Below are positions 50,801 through 64,000 of a stretch of DNA of 64,000 bases, one piece after another. The translations under genes were made by a program, and so were the position numbers. How positions within the stretch are numbered: position 1 is the first letter of the stretch; each line of letters starts with the position of its first letter. Source of the stretch: Phoronis australis (Eukaryota > Animalia > Phoronida). The stretch is from positions 145,054 through 209,053 of the forward strand of contig NMRA01000443.1 in the NCBI GenBank assembly GCA_002633005.1. Direction: 5' to 3'. The notes under the pieces are model-generated. The model did not search any database. It saw only the letters and a program-made list of their open reading frames with translations, and had not been told where the DNA came from.

Positions 50801-53800
50801 GAGACGGTTCTGTTGTCAGACAATGTGGCTGTTATCAGGCAGTCTCCAACAGAAACAGATGATTAATAACACATTACCTGGTGGTAGAATACTGGTAAGT
50901 GGATTATGCACCGGCGCCGACTGTCACCAAACTTTGTCTCAGACTCAATTAAAAAATTTGCCAATGGCTGGCGCAGTTTTAGTGATCTCCTTCAAATCTA
51001 AAGTAAATTTTGTTGGTCTTGCACCCTGGGCCCTATTTCATGAAAAGTGACTTAATAGGTTTTCAGAAATAGTTTCCTGTAGCATCTTTTTGATACATCT
51101 TGTATGGTGTGTGCATGTTTCATGACTTCTATTAAAAAAGTTATCTTGCACTTTGCTCTGTGAAAGTTAGATGTTTGAGTTTTATCAAAAAGACACTGTG
51201 TATATACATTTAAACTGTTGTTCTCGTTATCATATACCTTTTCTTCAATTAATATGTAGATCATAAAACTGGTTATCATAATTTTTTCTTCAGTTAATAT
51301 ATAGGTCTTAAACTATTTTGTTGTTCATTTGAAATTTGGTGTACTCAAATGAGCCAGTGAGTAGGGTATACATTCTTTTGTAAATTATTAATAGTATTCA
51401 CGTCACAATTCATGAGTTGTCGGGCATTTGTGATCACTTTTTTACCTTCAACAGTGGAAACAGGTGTTTGCTGAGAGGTTCAAACTACGGCATAACTGGC
51501 TGAAGGGACGATGTAATGTCCGCACATTTGAAGGGCACACACAAGGTAACAAAATTACAAACTTGTGATTTGCTTTTTACTAATTCCATTCTCGTGTGTT
51601 TCTAATATTTCTTCACTTTCTTGTTTTGCAATTTTTCTTTGTACTACTAAGTAATGTATTAACTTTGTAGTTTTGGAAATTTTGACTTACATGTCTTCGG
51701 CAAAGTTTCATGACAATTTTCAGTACTGTAACAGATGTCTCTTTGTGGTGGATTTGATCATTGTCAATGTTATCTATTTTTTTGGAATGCAATTGCTTTG
51801 TAGTGCTGTGTGTATAATTCTAAAATTAGTAATTAAGACTAACTGTGAACTACTGATAATGTCTCGCCTTAGTTTGCTCAACACTCCTAAAATGTGAGAA
51901 TGTTGGCATCATTGCAAATTAAGATTTAAACAAAGTGTCATAGCGAGTAATACTTCTGGAGTCATACCACCAAAACCACCACTGCTCACTATGAGTAAAA
52001 ACTGTACCTTAAAAATTTTTAGTTTTTGTTTAAACAGCTGAATGTTCATCACAATGGTCAGTTATTACTTATTTATCTTTAGTACAGTGTATTGTATGTA
52101 AGAGAGTGTTGTTAGAGACAGTAGCTTTAGTACAGTGTATTGTATGCAAGAGACTGTTGTTAAAGACCAAATTGTTTTACCTTAAGAAAAAGATTTGAAG
52201 TGTTTGGTTGTTTCAGGTATATCATGTGTCCAGTTTGACGACACAAGAATCGTCAGCGGTTCATCTGACAAAACTATTAAGGTGAGTGATCATAATACAA
52301 GTTTATAAAAAGTTGGTCTGGTAGATGGCGCTACGTTATATGATTGAGAAGCATTAGTGTCTGTTTTGGAGCCAATCTCTCATTTTTCTTCTGCGCCGTG
52401 CAAACGAGGTGTGTTTAAAAACACACCAAAATTGTGCTTTTCAAGGCTGTCTCACTTTAATGGGAGATCGACTGAGTGTAAACTGTTCCAGTCATTTATG
52501 GTTCAGTGTGTGTTATAAATAAACCCTGTAGGATTGAAACAGTTAACATTGTCCAAAAGTTGCATTACTATACTTCAGGTAAACCAAACAGTTGTGAACA
52601 GTTTCCGACCTTTAGTCCCGACGTGTTGGCATGCCATGTTACATGTGTGGAAGCTTTTCCTAATTTGTGTATTGAATCATTTCCTGTTTCTTTACAACTG
52701 CTGTCACGTACCTTGCATTATTGAAAACTCAAGTCAACAAATAAACAAAATGTGTGAACGTCTTCTGTGTTAAGTTAAATTTTCTGCATATTTGTTTCTC
52801 ATAAAAAATAAGACTACTTACTGTTATCAGATTGGTCTCGAGCTGTTCTGAGAGTTCTTGTTAGAGGTGATTTCTGGGCTTGTAATAGTTATGTTCGTTA
52901 TTGCTAGAAACCAGACTTGGCAATTTTGCTTGTCGTGGCCTGTCATCGCTTGTCATTTTAGGCACTGATCATGGTCTTGAGCAATAATCCACTTCCTGAT
53001 TTTCCATGCCCAGAAAAAACTTCTTATCTTAGTGAGAAAGAAGTTGTGATCAGTTTCAATGTATAGCAGCAAGTAGTCTAAATCAAATGTTTGTTTCTAT
53101 GACAACTTGTGAGTGTATAGCAGCTTGAAAAATCCATAATTGTGTTGCCTTCAGGTGTGGAATATTCGCACCAACACTCCTCTTTCCGTCCAAACTCTTG
53201 TTGGGCATTCTGGAACTGTAAGATGTCTCCACCTGGAGGGAAATCGACTGGTTAGTGGCTCTTCTGATCGGACAATCAAGGTACTTACATAAACAATTAT
53301 TATTATCCCTTCTTTAGCCACCTGCACATTAGTACTGGATAATATAATTTAGATTTATTTCATGGTGAATTCGTTATCCCCTGTGATCTAGAACCCCCTT
53401 GGATTTTGGAGCATTATCACTTAGGGTGTTGGCCCCGAGTACGATAATTCTCCAGAATCTCTGAGGGCTTTAGATAAGGGGGATAATGACTGAGAACATG
53501 TAATAATACATTTAAACCACATCACTGAATGATAAACATTGCAATGAATCGATCTGCCTTTTTCGACTCGCCTCCGCTATTGAACTACATTCTATGTCAC
53601 AGACTTGGGGTCAGCGGTCGTGACCTTTTCAGAAACGCAGAGTCATTCTTGTTAAAGTAATGTTTGTACTCAAAACTAGCTGAGTTTAATGAAAATAGAA
53701 ATAAAGTGAATAAAAAATAAGTTTTAAGCAAATAAGCTGGCTTACTACACATCCTATGATGCTAAACTTCCACCGTGAAAATATCGTCTGCTTAAGTAGG

Positions 53801-56800
53801 TTACCACTGGTTACTGAGTATGGTGTCCAAGTCATATATTCCCGATGACATATTACCCGCAATTAAACTGAAAGATGTCGTTTTTGTTGAAATTGTGCAT
53901 CTTATTTTTCACAGCGTATAAATGTCGGTATATTGTGGTTTGTCGAATGCGCGATTATTGCGTGTCCTCATTTAAGTATTGTGTTTTCATGTAAGATGAC
54001 ATCAGCTGCTGAATACCTCAGCGGTTATGGCGACGGATCGAAACCCAAGTGAAGCTGGTCCGAATCCGGCCTCAGGTTCCCGCCAAAATGTTATTCAACA
54101 TGCGTTACTTGAAAATGTACTGGGTATTAAATAATCTTCTTCGATATACTTTGTATCATCACAATTTTGTTACCAATTCGTTTTAGTCAGAATTTTTTTG
54201 TAAAAGTTTGTAGCCATGCTTAGTCACTGCTCAATGTATTGTAACATGTTTGAAGCTCAGAGTTTCACTTGATTTGTGATATAGAAGGAATGATTGTGAT
54301 AATGATGTTAAGGATGGTCATTTGGCTTTTTAGCATTCTCACCTCTATTGTTTGCAGGTATGGGATCTTTCCACACAGCAGAGTTGGAGTAGTATTGCTT
54401 GTAAGGTGACCATGATTGGCCATCTACACACTGTTAGGTGTCTGCAGGTGGGTCAAGGATACACCCAATATCATTTTATTTGTTAACGGCACGTATAACA
54501 TCATATTTAAAAGCATTGTTTTTGCATGGAAGCCTTTTATAGGTTATGTATTGAGGCTACTTAGTGTTATTAGTTGTGTACATGTGTAAAAATATCAGGG
54601 ATTAAACTAGTCCTGAAGCCTTATTCACGAACATGTGACTTTAGGTTTTAGTCAGAAATCTTGTCTTATTCTCCCTTTTCCTATTACTTGACAAATTTTT
54701 GTCATTCACAACTAATTGTTACATTGTTAGCTCGTTACAGGTTAATTATAGTTTATAATAACCTTGTTTTTGGAATATTCTCTGCAGATATTGTACTGGT
54801 TGGTATGTGTTAAACTTATTTTTCAGAGATAGTTTTGTTTAGCAAAATTTCTGACTTAAGAGCCATCAGTCACCTTTCATGAAACATTCCTCCCAAGAAG
54901 ATTATGTTGATATCACTCAAGGACTGCACCTGGTTGTAGTGTAACTAAGCTGTTATTGTGTCACAGGTGGATGATGAGAAAGTCATTAGCGGCTCATATG
55001 ACAAGACATTGAAGATATGGAATATTAAAACAGGACACTGTAGACGCACCCTCCGGTAATATGCATCGAACTGTATTCTTGTACCAGTAGCACCAGTATT
55101 TTCGTTTCATCTCTCCTTCGATATATTGTATCAAATGCCTTGCAAAGCCTATTTCCATTTGGTTCTTAGCTGGTTTATTCTGATGTGAAGTATTTGCTAT
55201 GAAATTTACATTCTGTTCGTGTTTTATGTAACCAGCCATAGGTTCAGTTCTTCCCATGAAAATTTCAATTTAAAAAAGGAGAGAAAGTTCATAGCAACTA
55301 AACAAAAATACTTACCAGGTACATGACATACAGTGCATTACAAAAGTATTCAGACAAAATACTCACTAGGTATATGACATACAATGCATTACAAAAGTAT
55401 TCAGACAAAATACTCGCTAGGTATATGACATACAGTGCATTACAAAACTATTCAGACAAAATACCAGGTATATGACATACAATGCATTACAAAAGTATTC
55501 AGACAAAATACCATTTCCCTGTTATGGTGGCTAATTCTGTCAAAAGTAAAAATGACTGTTACGAAGCAAATTTCTAATTACAAAATGACTTAGCCACCAT
55601 AGTAACTGTAGTGTTCATTTTCCTTCATTCTCAGTCATGAGGGAAGACTACACTGACTATAAATTCGGCTTCCACCCAACTGTCATTACAGGGAATTGCA
55701 ATTATTTTGTTTGAATACTTTTCGCTTGTACTGTATTAATGAATTATGGAAGTGAATCTGGATTTCTAGTTTCTCGTTGGTGACATCAACATTGTCACAA
55801 GTATTGGCTCATATTGCAGGAATTGGTACTGGAATCTTATTTTTTCAAGCTACAAATGGTCGTAAGGTGCACATGCAGAATATTTTGTCTGATTTTCAGT
55901 TTTCTCTGCTTAAAGCTTTTGTGGTCCATTGACAACTGTAGTGAAATCTATGGAAAACTGACTCAATGCACCTGTCTACACCAGTTCTGGCTTACATTTC
56001 ATCTTTTCTAATTCACTGTTATCCACATTTTAACAAAATTCATAAATGCTTTTTTTGAAACATCACAACTGGCTAAGGAATTAAAATGTTACAGCTTTTC
56101 TTACATTAAATGCCTGTAACTCCACACTGTGTTCCTGACAATACATGGCCCCAAGAAAGTACTAAACAAGACATTATTGCCTAGTGCTTTTGCCTGTCGT
56201 CCGATGATTTGTGTACACAGGGCTGTCGATGCCTCAGTTTTGTTATGCTGAAATATAGTTAAAAATCACGTGAAATTTCCCTCATCAGTCCCAAAACTTC
56301 AAGTGATTAAAAAAATCCTCTCAAGGTTAGAATCATTTAGAACTTACACATACTATTGGTTTTAATAACTGAATATCCTCACTTCACAGTCATTATTTTC
56401 CAGTGTTTACAGCCTCTATGTGGGAGAATAGAATCTGGATTAGTTTATTGCAAATACATGGTTGGTGTAGTCGTATCTTACAAAAAAATTCAGCCTTGGA
56501 TGTCCAGAATTCAATACCTGACACCCCTACTACTTTTTAAGTTTACTCATTTCCAAGAATAAACAGATTCTCGTGACCTGCTCCAAGAAGTGTGTAAGGT
56601 GTTGATTTGACAAATTTGAGCTACTTGGATATCAGGGGTGGGGGTGGAATTGGTGGTGACCGGGGAGAGAGAATTTTCCCTTTACCCAAAGTATTTCCCA
56701 CCCAAACCAAAAGACACAGCACTTTTCCCCTCAAGTGACCAAGGACCCATTACATCATCTACTTTGTGACGATCCTTGACTCATGCACATTTTTTGCTGA

Positions 56801-59800
56801 TTGTACGCTATGATTTCTTTAAGGTTTTGCTATTTTTGACAAAAGTTCACTTTAAATTTTTACTATTATTGTTCTCTTTTTCTGTTTTATAAGTTCCAGC
56901 CTTGCTTTGAACGTTTGAAATTTACTTTCAGTGTTAATATAATCGTGGTGAACTGATAACATACAATCTGTTATTTCAACCTGACATTTTGTTTGGTTAT
57001 GACAAAGTTGAATCATTCAACTTTTGGTCGTTATCATATTTTTCAGTTATTTGTTGTGTTTACATTTTAAGTTTAATTTGAAGATTTTCGTTTGCTTGTT
57101 CTAGTAAACCTGTCACCTATGCATTGAGGGACTCTAAACATCTCTTGCTTAAGGTTTCTAAAAGATAGTCATGTAAGGGTTGCGAATCGGAATTCTGCTA
57201 AATGGATTTCAGTATTCAACTTGAAGTTTGATATAATAACTCTTATCTGCCTTTTGATCATTTTTAACTTGAAAATTGTCAGCTTTCTGTGCACTTTATC
57301 CATGTCGACCTTTTGTCCTAATTTCAGTGGTCACGAGGGTGAGGTTTTATGCGTTCAGTACGATGAGACGAAAATTGTGTCGGGATCAGTGGACAAGACA
57401 ATAAAGGCAAGTAGTTGGTAGTCAGACAATCGTTGGTGTTTGTTCATTTCTTATTTATTCACAATGCAAGGCATGTGTATAGCATGCATGTCCAATAGGT
57501 TGGTGACCATTCATTCCCACACACATTGACACATGCATACAGTGGAGGCCTTTCACGAATCAGTGAAAATAAATTAGTACAACAGGCTTCCATTATCTGC
57601 TATTACAATTTTTAATTTTTTTTCTTCTAAAATTGCCAGGTTCTGTTGACCAGACAATAAACCCATGTTCAATTGCTGATATTTGTGGTTTCAATCAGTT
57701 CACTTTTTCCTACAAGAATCACTTCCTCTCTAACTCTGCAGTATTTGCCCACAATGCACTGCTCTCACCATGATCACTGTTTTGCATTGGTTAGTCATTG
57801 TGATTGGCACGTGTTGTTGTGATGTCACTTTATTTACTGCTAGATAGTGGTGCTGATGAAATGTTCGTCACTTGACCTATTTTGCTCTCAAGTGTATCAC
57901 AGTACAAGCCAAAAGAAGAATAAAATGACGTGTTGTTCTGCATCATGACGACTGCTCGCAAGCAGAATTTCACGCTATGACGGTCGAGTGTAAACGGAAT
58001 TGAGCATTGTAGTAGCCAGTTGTCATGACGCGTAATTTAGCTAATTAAGATGAAAAGCTCTTCACAATGCCTATAGTTTGATAGTTCGATTCTAATCAAT
58101 CATTAACAAACTTTATGATGTCTTTAAAAGATGCACTGGGAGACAAATGCATAAACTGTTACAGTGTAATTAGGTCTGCCATCACCACACTAATGGAGGC
58201 GAGATTTGTTCTTTCTATCAGAAGTTGCATCAAATTAAAACTGTCTCTCAATTTTGTCAACCGTATAACCAGATTGCGTAATTTTATATGCACATGTACT
58301 ATGATATAGTTTCTGAAGGCAAGATGTGAAAAATTTTACAACAAACAATATAAGAATGGTAAGAAATTTTGACGTTTGCTTAACTAAGCCAAGGTTGGTT
58401 TGCTCGAGTCCTTTGACTGTATGACCATGCTGCTCTGAAGTTATTTGTCAGTAATTTTGAGCATGTGAAGAATTGTATCAATATTCCATGTTTTGTTTCT
58501 TAAATTTGTTCTAGTGTGACATCATCTGTGGTAATATTGCCCTCATAAGCTATGATCAATTACAGCTGAAATTATATGGAAAAGAATCAGGAGATCAAAT
58601 TCACCATCATGATGCAGTTTTTTGTCTGTTTTCTTTTGACTCATACTGTAGCTACCCTACTTTTCGAACAAAACGTCAACCGTAATGTATTTCCTCAACA
58701 GAGGGTAATGTGGAAATTCAACATTCAACAGTTTTTAAATATTTCTGTCTTTGATGGTAAATACAATAATTTATATTTGCATTCAGTCTCATGATTCTGG
58801 GCTACGGCAATTTTCGAATTCAGGTATTTATACATTTATGCAAAACAGCTGTGAAACCAAGAAGCAAGTTTTAAAATGCCATGTTTACTAAATTTGTTGC
58901 GCAATGGTACATACTGATTAAACAATTAATTATTTAAAACTTATTAAGAGTGGAAAATATACCAAAACATTCAATTTAGGATATTTGCATATTACAAAAG
59001 ACACAGCGCTTAAGTGAAGCTGAGGCAGATCTGTCTATGTGCGAAACACCTTGCACAAATGCACCACGTGCTTAAATGTTTGCATTATACTGACAGCATT
59101 TGAAAAATAAATTGTGTTCTATATTCTTGCATGAACTTTAACTGCTGTGGGATACTTTTCAGCATTTTATACAAATTCTTTGCCGCTGTCGTGCCATCAA
59201 GTTGCCATTGTTGGATGGTGACTCACACAAAAAAAGTGTGCAATGTCCCAAAATGTCCACAAGGGAAAGAAATTGCATTTCATTCCTGTCAACTGGTCTT
59301 GTCTTGCACACCAAAATTGGGTCAAATTACTGGGTCAAATGTGATGTTGTATATAGAATGTTTCCTATTATTGTTGTCTAGATTTGGAGTTTTGACGGTA
59401 TATGCCTGCGCACATTAACTGGACATCATGATGCGGTCACATGTCTTCAGTTCAATATGACGCGTATCGTCAGTGGCTCACTGGACTGTAGCCTTAAGTT
59501 CTGGGATGTTGACTCATGCGAGTGTCTGAAAACAATAGACTGGAAGGCATCAGAAGGTCACACAAGGGTCGTAAGATGTCTTCAGACAGACACCTGGAGA
59601 GTGGTCAGTGCTTCCGATGACCGCACGTTGAAAGTAAGTTGTGTTATAACATACATGTACTGTGTAAAGTGTTGAAAATTTTGCATCCTTTGTTGTTCTA
59701 TGTCCAAAGCAATGTAAACAATTTTGTGGCTTTGAAGGGGAACACAAGAGAACCATAAACCTACAGATAATGAGTTCATTCTTCTTTTTGTGGACTGTAG

Positions 59801-61653
59801 AAAATCAAGTTGTTTTAAAAGGCAGAAGCTCAATTTCCTAATTCATTTAATGGTCTATAAAGTTTCAATTATAACCGGTGGCAGACGTACAAAAGTTTGT
59901 TACATTCAGGCTGTGCAGTGGTTAACATTCATTTTTGTATATTATTGTCCAAATATCGTGTGAAAAAGGCGAAACGCCGCTCATGGCATGTATGACATAA
60001 CAGTTGGCTTTAAACAGTAGTTGCACAGATATTGGGTCCTCAGCAGCTCAGTAGTAAGAGCACTAGACCGACAATCTGGACACCTGTGGTTTGAGTCCCA
60101 ATGGGGGCTCCTGATTTTTCTGTGTTTATTTAATTATATTCATCTTTCTGTGTTTTTGGCATTAAAATGAAAAATGTCAAAATGATTGTATATAAATAAT
60201 AAAGCAGTGATTATTACCACCCTGCAGGTGGCGTTGTATTATCAGTTAATATTACAGAATCAAGAGTTGGGAATTGTAATGGGGGATGTGTATGCATTTA
60301 AGTTTCTTCAATAGGGTCGTCTTGGATTACACACTGTCACTTGAATCTTGCTGTATTTACCCACAATGCACAATTGGAATTGATGTTGTACGCCCTCTTG
60401 TGGCCATTTGCCACTCATTCTTCTTTTTGTCAATTTGTTTTAAAAATGTGTAAGGCAAAAACTCAACTTCCTTTGAGATATTCATTTATTAGACTATAAA
60501 GTTTCAAAATAACCGGTGGCAGACGTACAAAAGTTTGTTACATTGAGGGTGTGCAGTGGATTACATTCATCTTTCTGCCCCAGTCTCCAAACTGAGTAAG
60601 TCTTGCACAGAGCAATCATGTTTGTTGTGTTATTCGCCTCCCAACCAGTATGGGCCACTCACACCTACCAGTTGCAAACTGCATACAGCACAGAGTATTG
60701 TTGGATATCCTGCTGCATTTCATTTTAATTAAGCATAAATACATTGGTTCTCGCTATTGGTTCTCTCATGTTATAGAATGTGTATAATACTAACGTTCAA
60801 CTTGCACGTTGTTTCGCACTAAACAGGTTCTCATTTCAAGCGTTTTCCTCAAGTCTTTCCTGGGAATCAAATAGTTTCAGTGGTGAAGCTCTTTCTCAAA
60901 GATTTCTGTAAGGGCTGTTCCAGTAAAATCTGTATTGGAGGGGGGGGGGAAGGCACCTTTTTTCGCACCCACCACCCATATTTTTCATTTATTTCTTCAG
61001 CCTACCACTCGTAATTTTTTATAAGTTTGAAATGCAACCACCCGTAATTTTTTTTGTTCTTGTGGTTGACTGCACAGGTGCTTGAGTTTATCTGTTCCTC
61101 CATCACCACTAACGTCATTCATTACTAAGAAAACATACGTTTCTTATATATGGTTATTAGCCATCGAGAAATTCGAGTACCTGTGGTTAAATGGTGTTAT
61201 GGGCATGCCGATGAGGAGATCGGAGGGAGTGAAAAAGTCGGAGCTCTTTGCAAGTTGCATTTTTGTTTCAGTTTTTGATTCTGTGCAGATTGTTTATAAA
61301 ATTTACTAAAATTACCCACCATCAAACATTTATGGCCCAATGAAACAACAACGACCTGTAAATTTTAATTTTTTTGAAGTACGACCACCAGCCATTTTGA
61401 ATTTAAGTCAAACGCAACCACCCATAAATTTTTATTTCAGTTGCCTTCCCTCCCTCCCACACAGATTTTGCTGGAACAGCCCTAATGCACATTCCATTTT
61501 TTGTTTCAGGTTTGGAGTTTGGAGACTGGCAAGCGTCTAGTGACACTACGTAATCACACAGATGGCGTTACTTGTCTTCAGTTTAATGACAGTATTATCG
61601 TTTCGGGCTCCTACGATAAAACAGTCAAACTATGGGACTTCAGTTGCTGTTGA
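47823..61653 (+). CDS. F-box/WD40-repeat protein (FBXW7/beta-TrCP/Met30-like SCF substrate receptor), ~746 aa, 12 coding exons
   Basis: Exons 47823-48755, 49432-49497, 49717-49861, 50734-50894, 51455-51545, 52217-52281, 53155-53280, 54358-54447, 54967-55055, 57328-57406, 59382-59633, 61510-61653 (2241 nt). Domains: D-domain-like (WFSDFNHEQKNLILKEIL), F-box (DIITWLPSHLSLYIFSFLDPVSLCHCQSVCRAWKQLASEPCLWRRFC), linker WKQVFAERFKLRHNW, and seven WD40 repeats (GH..V.CLQ....IVSGS.D.TIK.W). Ends DFSCC*. Confidence 0.93.
53372..53490. repeat. Long imperfect hairpin, probably from a non-autonomous (Crypton-like or MITE) element
   Basis: GTTATCCCC..ATCTAGAACCCCC..GATTTTGGAG.ATTATC is mirrored by GATAATTCTCCAGAATC..GAGGGCTTTAGATAAGGGGGATAAT. 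Confidence 0.55.
55329..55734. mobile_element. Tc1/mariner-like MITE whose left terminus is tandemly amplified about 4 times (~51-bp unit)
   Basis: TA-CAGTGCATTACAAAAGTATTCAGACAAAA is repeated four times with its flank (55310-55510). The right end reads TTTTGTTTGAATACTTTTCGCTTGTACTG-TA. Confidence 0.7.
59854..60570. repeat. ~75-bp direct repeat pair (59854-59932 and 60494-60571)
   Basis: CTATAAAGTTTCAA..ATAACCGGTGGCAGACGTACAAAAGTTTGTTACATT..GTGCAGTGG..ACATTCAT occurs twice. Confidence 0.8.
60034..60120 (+). mobile_element. tRNA-like SINE head
   Basis: AGCTCAGTAGTAAGAGCAC (A box) and GGTTTGAGTCCC (degenerate B box), followed by a T-run; no intact cloverleaf. Confidence 0.55.
60912..61482. 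mobile_element. PIF/Harbinger-type MITE in the last intron of the F-box gene
   Basis: TIRs GGGCTGTTCCAGTAAAATCTGT...GAAGGCA and TGCCTTCC...ACAGATTTTGCTGGAACAGCCC; TAA TSD at 60909-60911 and 61483-61485. Confidence 0.88.
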
Positions 61654-63061
61654 CGATATCCTAAAAGATGAATAGCCAAGTTTTCAACCGACAGTTAGTC
61701 GTTTGTTTCCGTGTATACTACAGCTCTAAGTCACTTATGGAAAGTTTGTTTCTTCACCATAGCAAAAATAGCATTTTTCGTTCCTCGTAAGACATCGAGG
61801 TTTTATATTGTGAATTTAACTTGACTGTACATGGTGGCTGCACTCGATTCCCATACAGTGGTTCTGCAGTATGGAGGGTAATGCTACAACTTGTGTACAG
61901 TGTCGCTACAGCATTCATGGGAAATTAGGGAGCTATGGTCACCTACACTAATTTTAAACAGTTGAAAAAACACAGTAGTGAACAAGATGCATCACTGGCA
62001 GTACGGTTGCCACGGATTCTGTTTCAGATTGCTATTGTTGGCCAAGATTTACAGCATTGCAGCTCAGTGAATGTGGCCGAGTTGCGACTGAAAAACTGGA
62101 TGTTTTCAAGCGAGTTGTTTCCATGTGTAAAATATGCGTATTTGTAAGAAAACTACATGTGAAATTGTTACTTCTGTTTACAGTTGTCTAGTGTAATGTG
62201 TGGAAATGTCTTTTAAGACATAAAAAGCTTTATTTTGTCCCGTTTAGCTGCCTAATCGGATTTGTGTTTTTGCTCTCATGAATCAATCTTGTAGTATTTC
62301 TTACCACAAAAGTATTCTATTTTCATTTGCCAATATTAACATCGAAACCATCAGACTCAAGGAAATACTTCCGAATTTATTGAGGTTGTCCAACCCGAAT
62401 AGTGCAATTTCAACATGAATGAAAAAGGAGTATTAAAAGTTGGACTTGATGGGAATAAAAGCTCATTTCAATTTAGTTTTTACCCAAGTGAACTAAACAA
62501 GGTGAAATGCTGATTATATTGTAGTTAGCCCTATTGCTAGCCATGTTATCTGCTTTTATTTTTGGAATTTGTCATAACTAGCGGTGTGGTCAAAACCTTG
62601 CTACATGCAACTTGTACCCGACATATCAGGTTTTATCAACTTCCAGGATTCACAGCTTGTAATTCAGTCAGTTTTACAATAAAATATTGTAACATTTTAT
62701 CTTTTCTTTTAATGCCATGTCTGCCAGATTTATTATTTTACCACCAATTGCAACTCATTTTTTTGTAAATCCCAAACAGCAACTTTGAAAACGGTGCAAT
62801 TTTGAATAGGCACAGTACAACTTCAAAATCAATGTTTGTTTAAATGCAATGAGCCCATTTGTTAGAGGAGCATAACACGTATGCCTTTTTTAAAGAAATC
62901 AATCTGCAAGATTTTAATGATGTTTTTGTGCTCACATATTCATATGTGAACCCATTATGCCATCATCCCCATCTGTCTCCAAAACCCTTTGATGTACGTT
63001 TATGAAATTTTGAGCACGTATTCTCTTCACAATTGGACAGCATGAGCCAACTTTTGGGCGT

Positions 63062-63640
63062 ATCCGACTACCAGTGTGCCCCCTAGTGCCAATTTTAGTT
63101 ACTTACGTTTACCTCTCTATCTTCAACAGATTTTCATAAAATTTGGCATATAGGCATCTATTAGTGAGGTGACACTAACCTCTCGTTTTCAGATGGATTC
63201 GAGGTATTTTGCACCACCTAGTGGCCACTTTTACTGTTTTCGAGTCAACCAAACCACGCTAAGAATGATTGTGAAAACTGGCATGTATGTTCATACTACA
63301 AAGAGGGTGGGTGGCAATGATTTTCCGACTTCCTCTACTGTGTTGCCTCATAGTTGCAGTTGTTTTTTTTTGTGCCCATTGCTGTATGTCCTCCAAACTA
63401 TGCAGAATCTACTAAATTTAGTGTATTTATATGATGTTGACAATGGATTACGGCTTTCCGACTACCGGTGAGCCCCCTAATGGCAATTTTAATTTTTTTA
63501 CGTTTACCTGTATACATTCAAAGGTCATCAACAATTTTCATAAAATTTGGAATATAAGCACCTATTGGTGAGGAGACACTATCCATTCCTCCCATTATCA
63601 GATGGATTCGAGTTATTTTGCACCACCTAGTGGCCAGTTT
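63062..63640 (+). repeat. Two diverged copies of a ~170-bp module (63062-63232 and 63456-63640)
   Basis: TCCGACTACC.GTG.GCCCCCTA...TTTTCATAAAATTTGG..ATA.GCA.CTATT.GTGAGG...CAGATGGATTCGAG.TATTTTGCACCACCTAGTGGCCA occurs in both. Confidence 0.8.
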
Positions 63641-63683
63641 TTGCATTTGTCTTTTTCTTGTCATTTGCCCCTCTATCAAATGA

Positions 63684-63810
63684 GGGCTGTTCCAGCAAAA
63701 TCTGTATGGGAGGGGGGGGAAGGCACTTTTATTTCGTACCCACCGCCCGTATTTTTCATTTATTTCTCCAACCCATGACCCATAATTTTTAAATTATTTT
63801 TAATAGGTTA
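63684..63810 (+). mobile_element. Truncated second copy of the Harbinger-type MITE
   Basis: GGGCTGTTCCAGCAAAATCTGTATGGGAGGGGGGGAAGGCAC matches the left end at 60912. Confidence 0.8.
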
Positions 63811-64000
63811 AAATATAAAATCCAACACTTGCAAACAAATTGCCTCCAGGAGGACCTGTTCAGAACTTAGATGATTGACAGACAAGAACTAGTTGTCTTG
63901 TCCAATATTGTCAAAAACTAAAGTAACCTGTGAGCAATACTTTTGGCAGCCACCAGGTGGCTCTGTTCACCATGTGTCTATAATTTCAATGAACATTTTT

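Noticed and set aside
60034-60120. tRNA gene candidates (also ~7206, ~32640, ~42620)
   Set aside because: A/B boxes are present but acceptor and anticodon stems do not pair. Three of them share a non-tRNA body, so they are SINEs.

Overview
AT-rich, intron-rich animal (probably marine invertebrate) genomic DNA; no prokaryotic features or CRISPR arrays were seen. The first ~18 kb is a transposon-rich accessory region. It holds a complete but inactivated Ty1/copia LTR retrotransposon (1039-4444, TGGAC TSD, half-tRNA-iMet primer site) nested in a small TIR element, a divergent Kv potassium-channel exon (6017-6904) lacking the S6 PVP hinge, and an Asp-rich duplicated micro-ORF. It also holds a Helentron-like element, a decayed transposase combining a RAG1-N-terminal/Chapa zinc-binding domain with Transib/RAG1/Chapaev-type catalytic motifs (9001-10520), two Penelope-like fragments and several MITEs. 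The rest carries three multi-exon genes reconstructed by hand: (1) a 21-exon, ~891-aa kinesin-14 with an unusual N-terminus (myristoylation motif, Trp/Tyr-rich modules, UBA/CUE-like domain; 18763-40198 +); (2) LAMTOR5 (43173-45766 -); (3) a 12-exon, ~746-aa F-box/WD40 protein with two GC-AG introns and a C-terminal CC motif (47823-61653 +), head-to-head with LAMTOR5. Introns carry a Kolobok element, pogo/MULE relics, tRNA-derived SINEs, MITEs and minisatellites. All exon boundaries were read manually and need RNA-seq confirmation.
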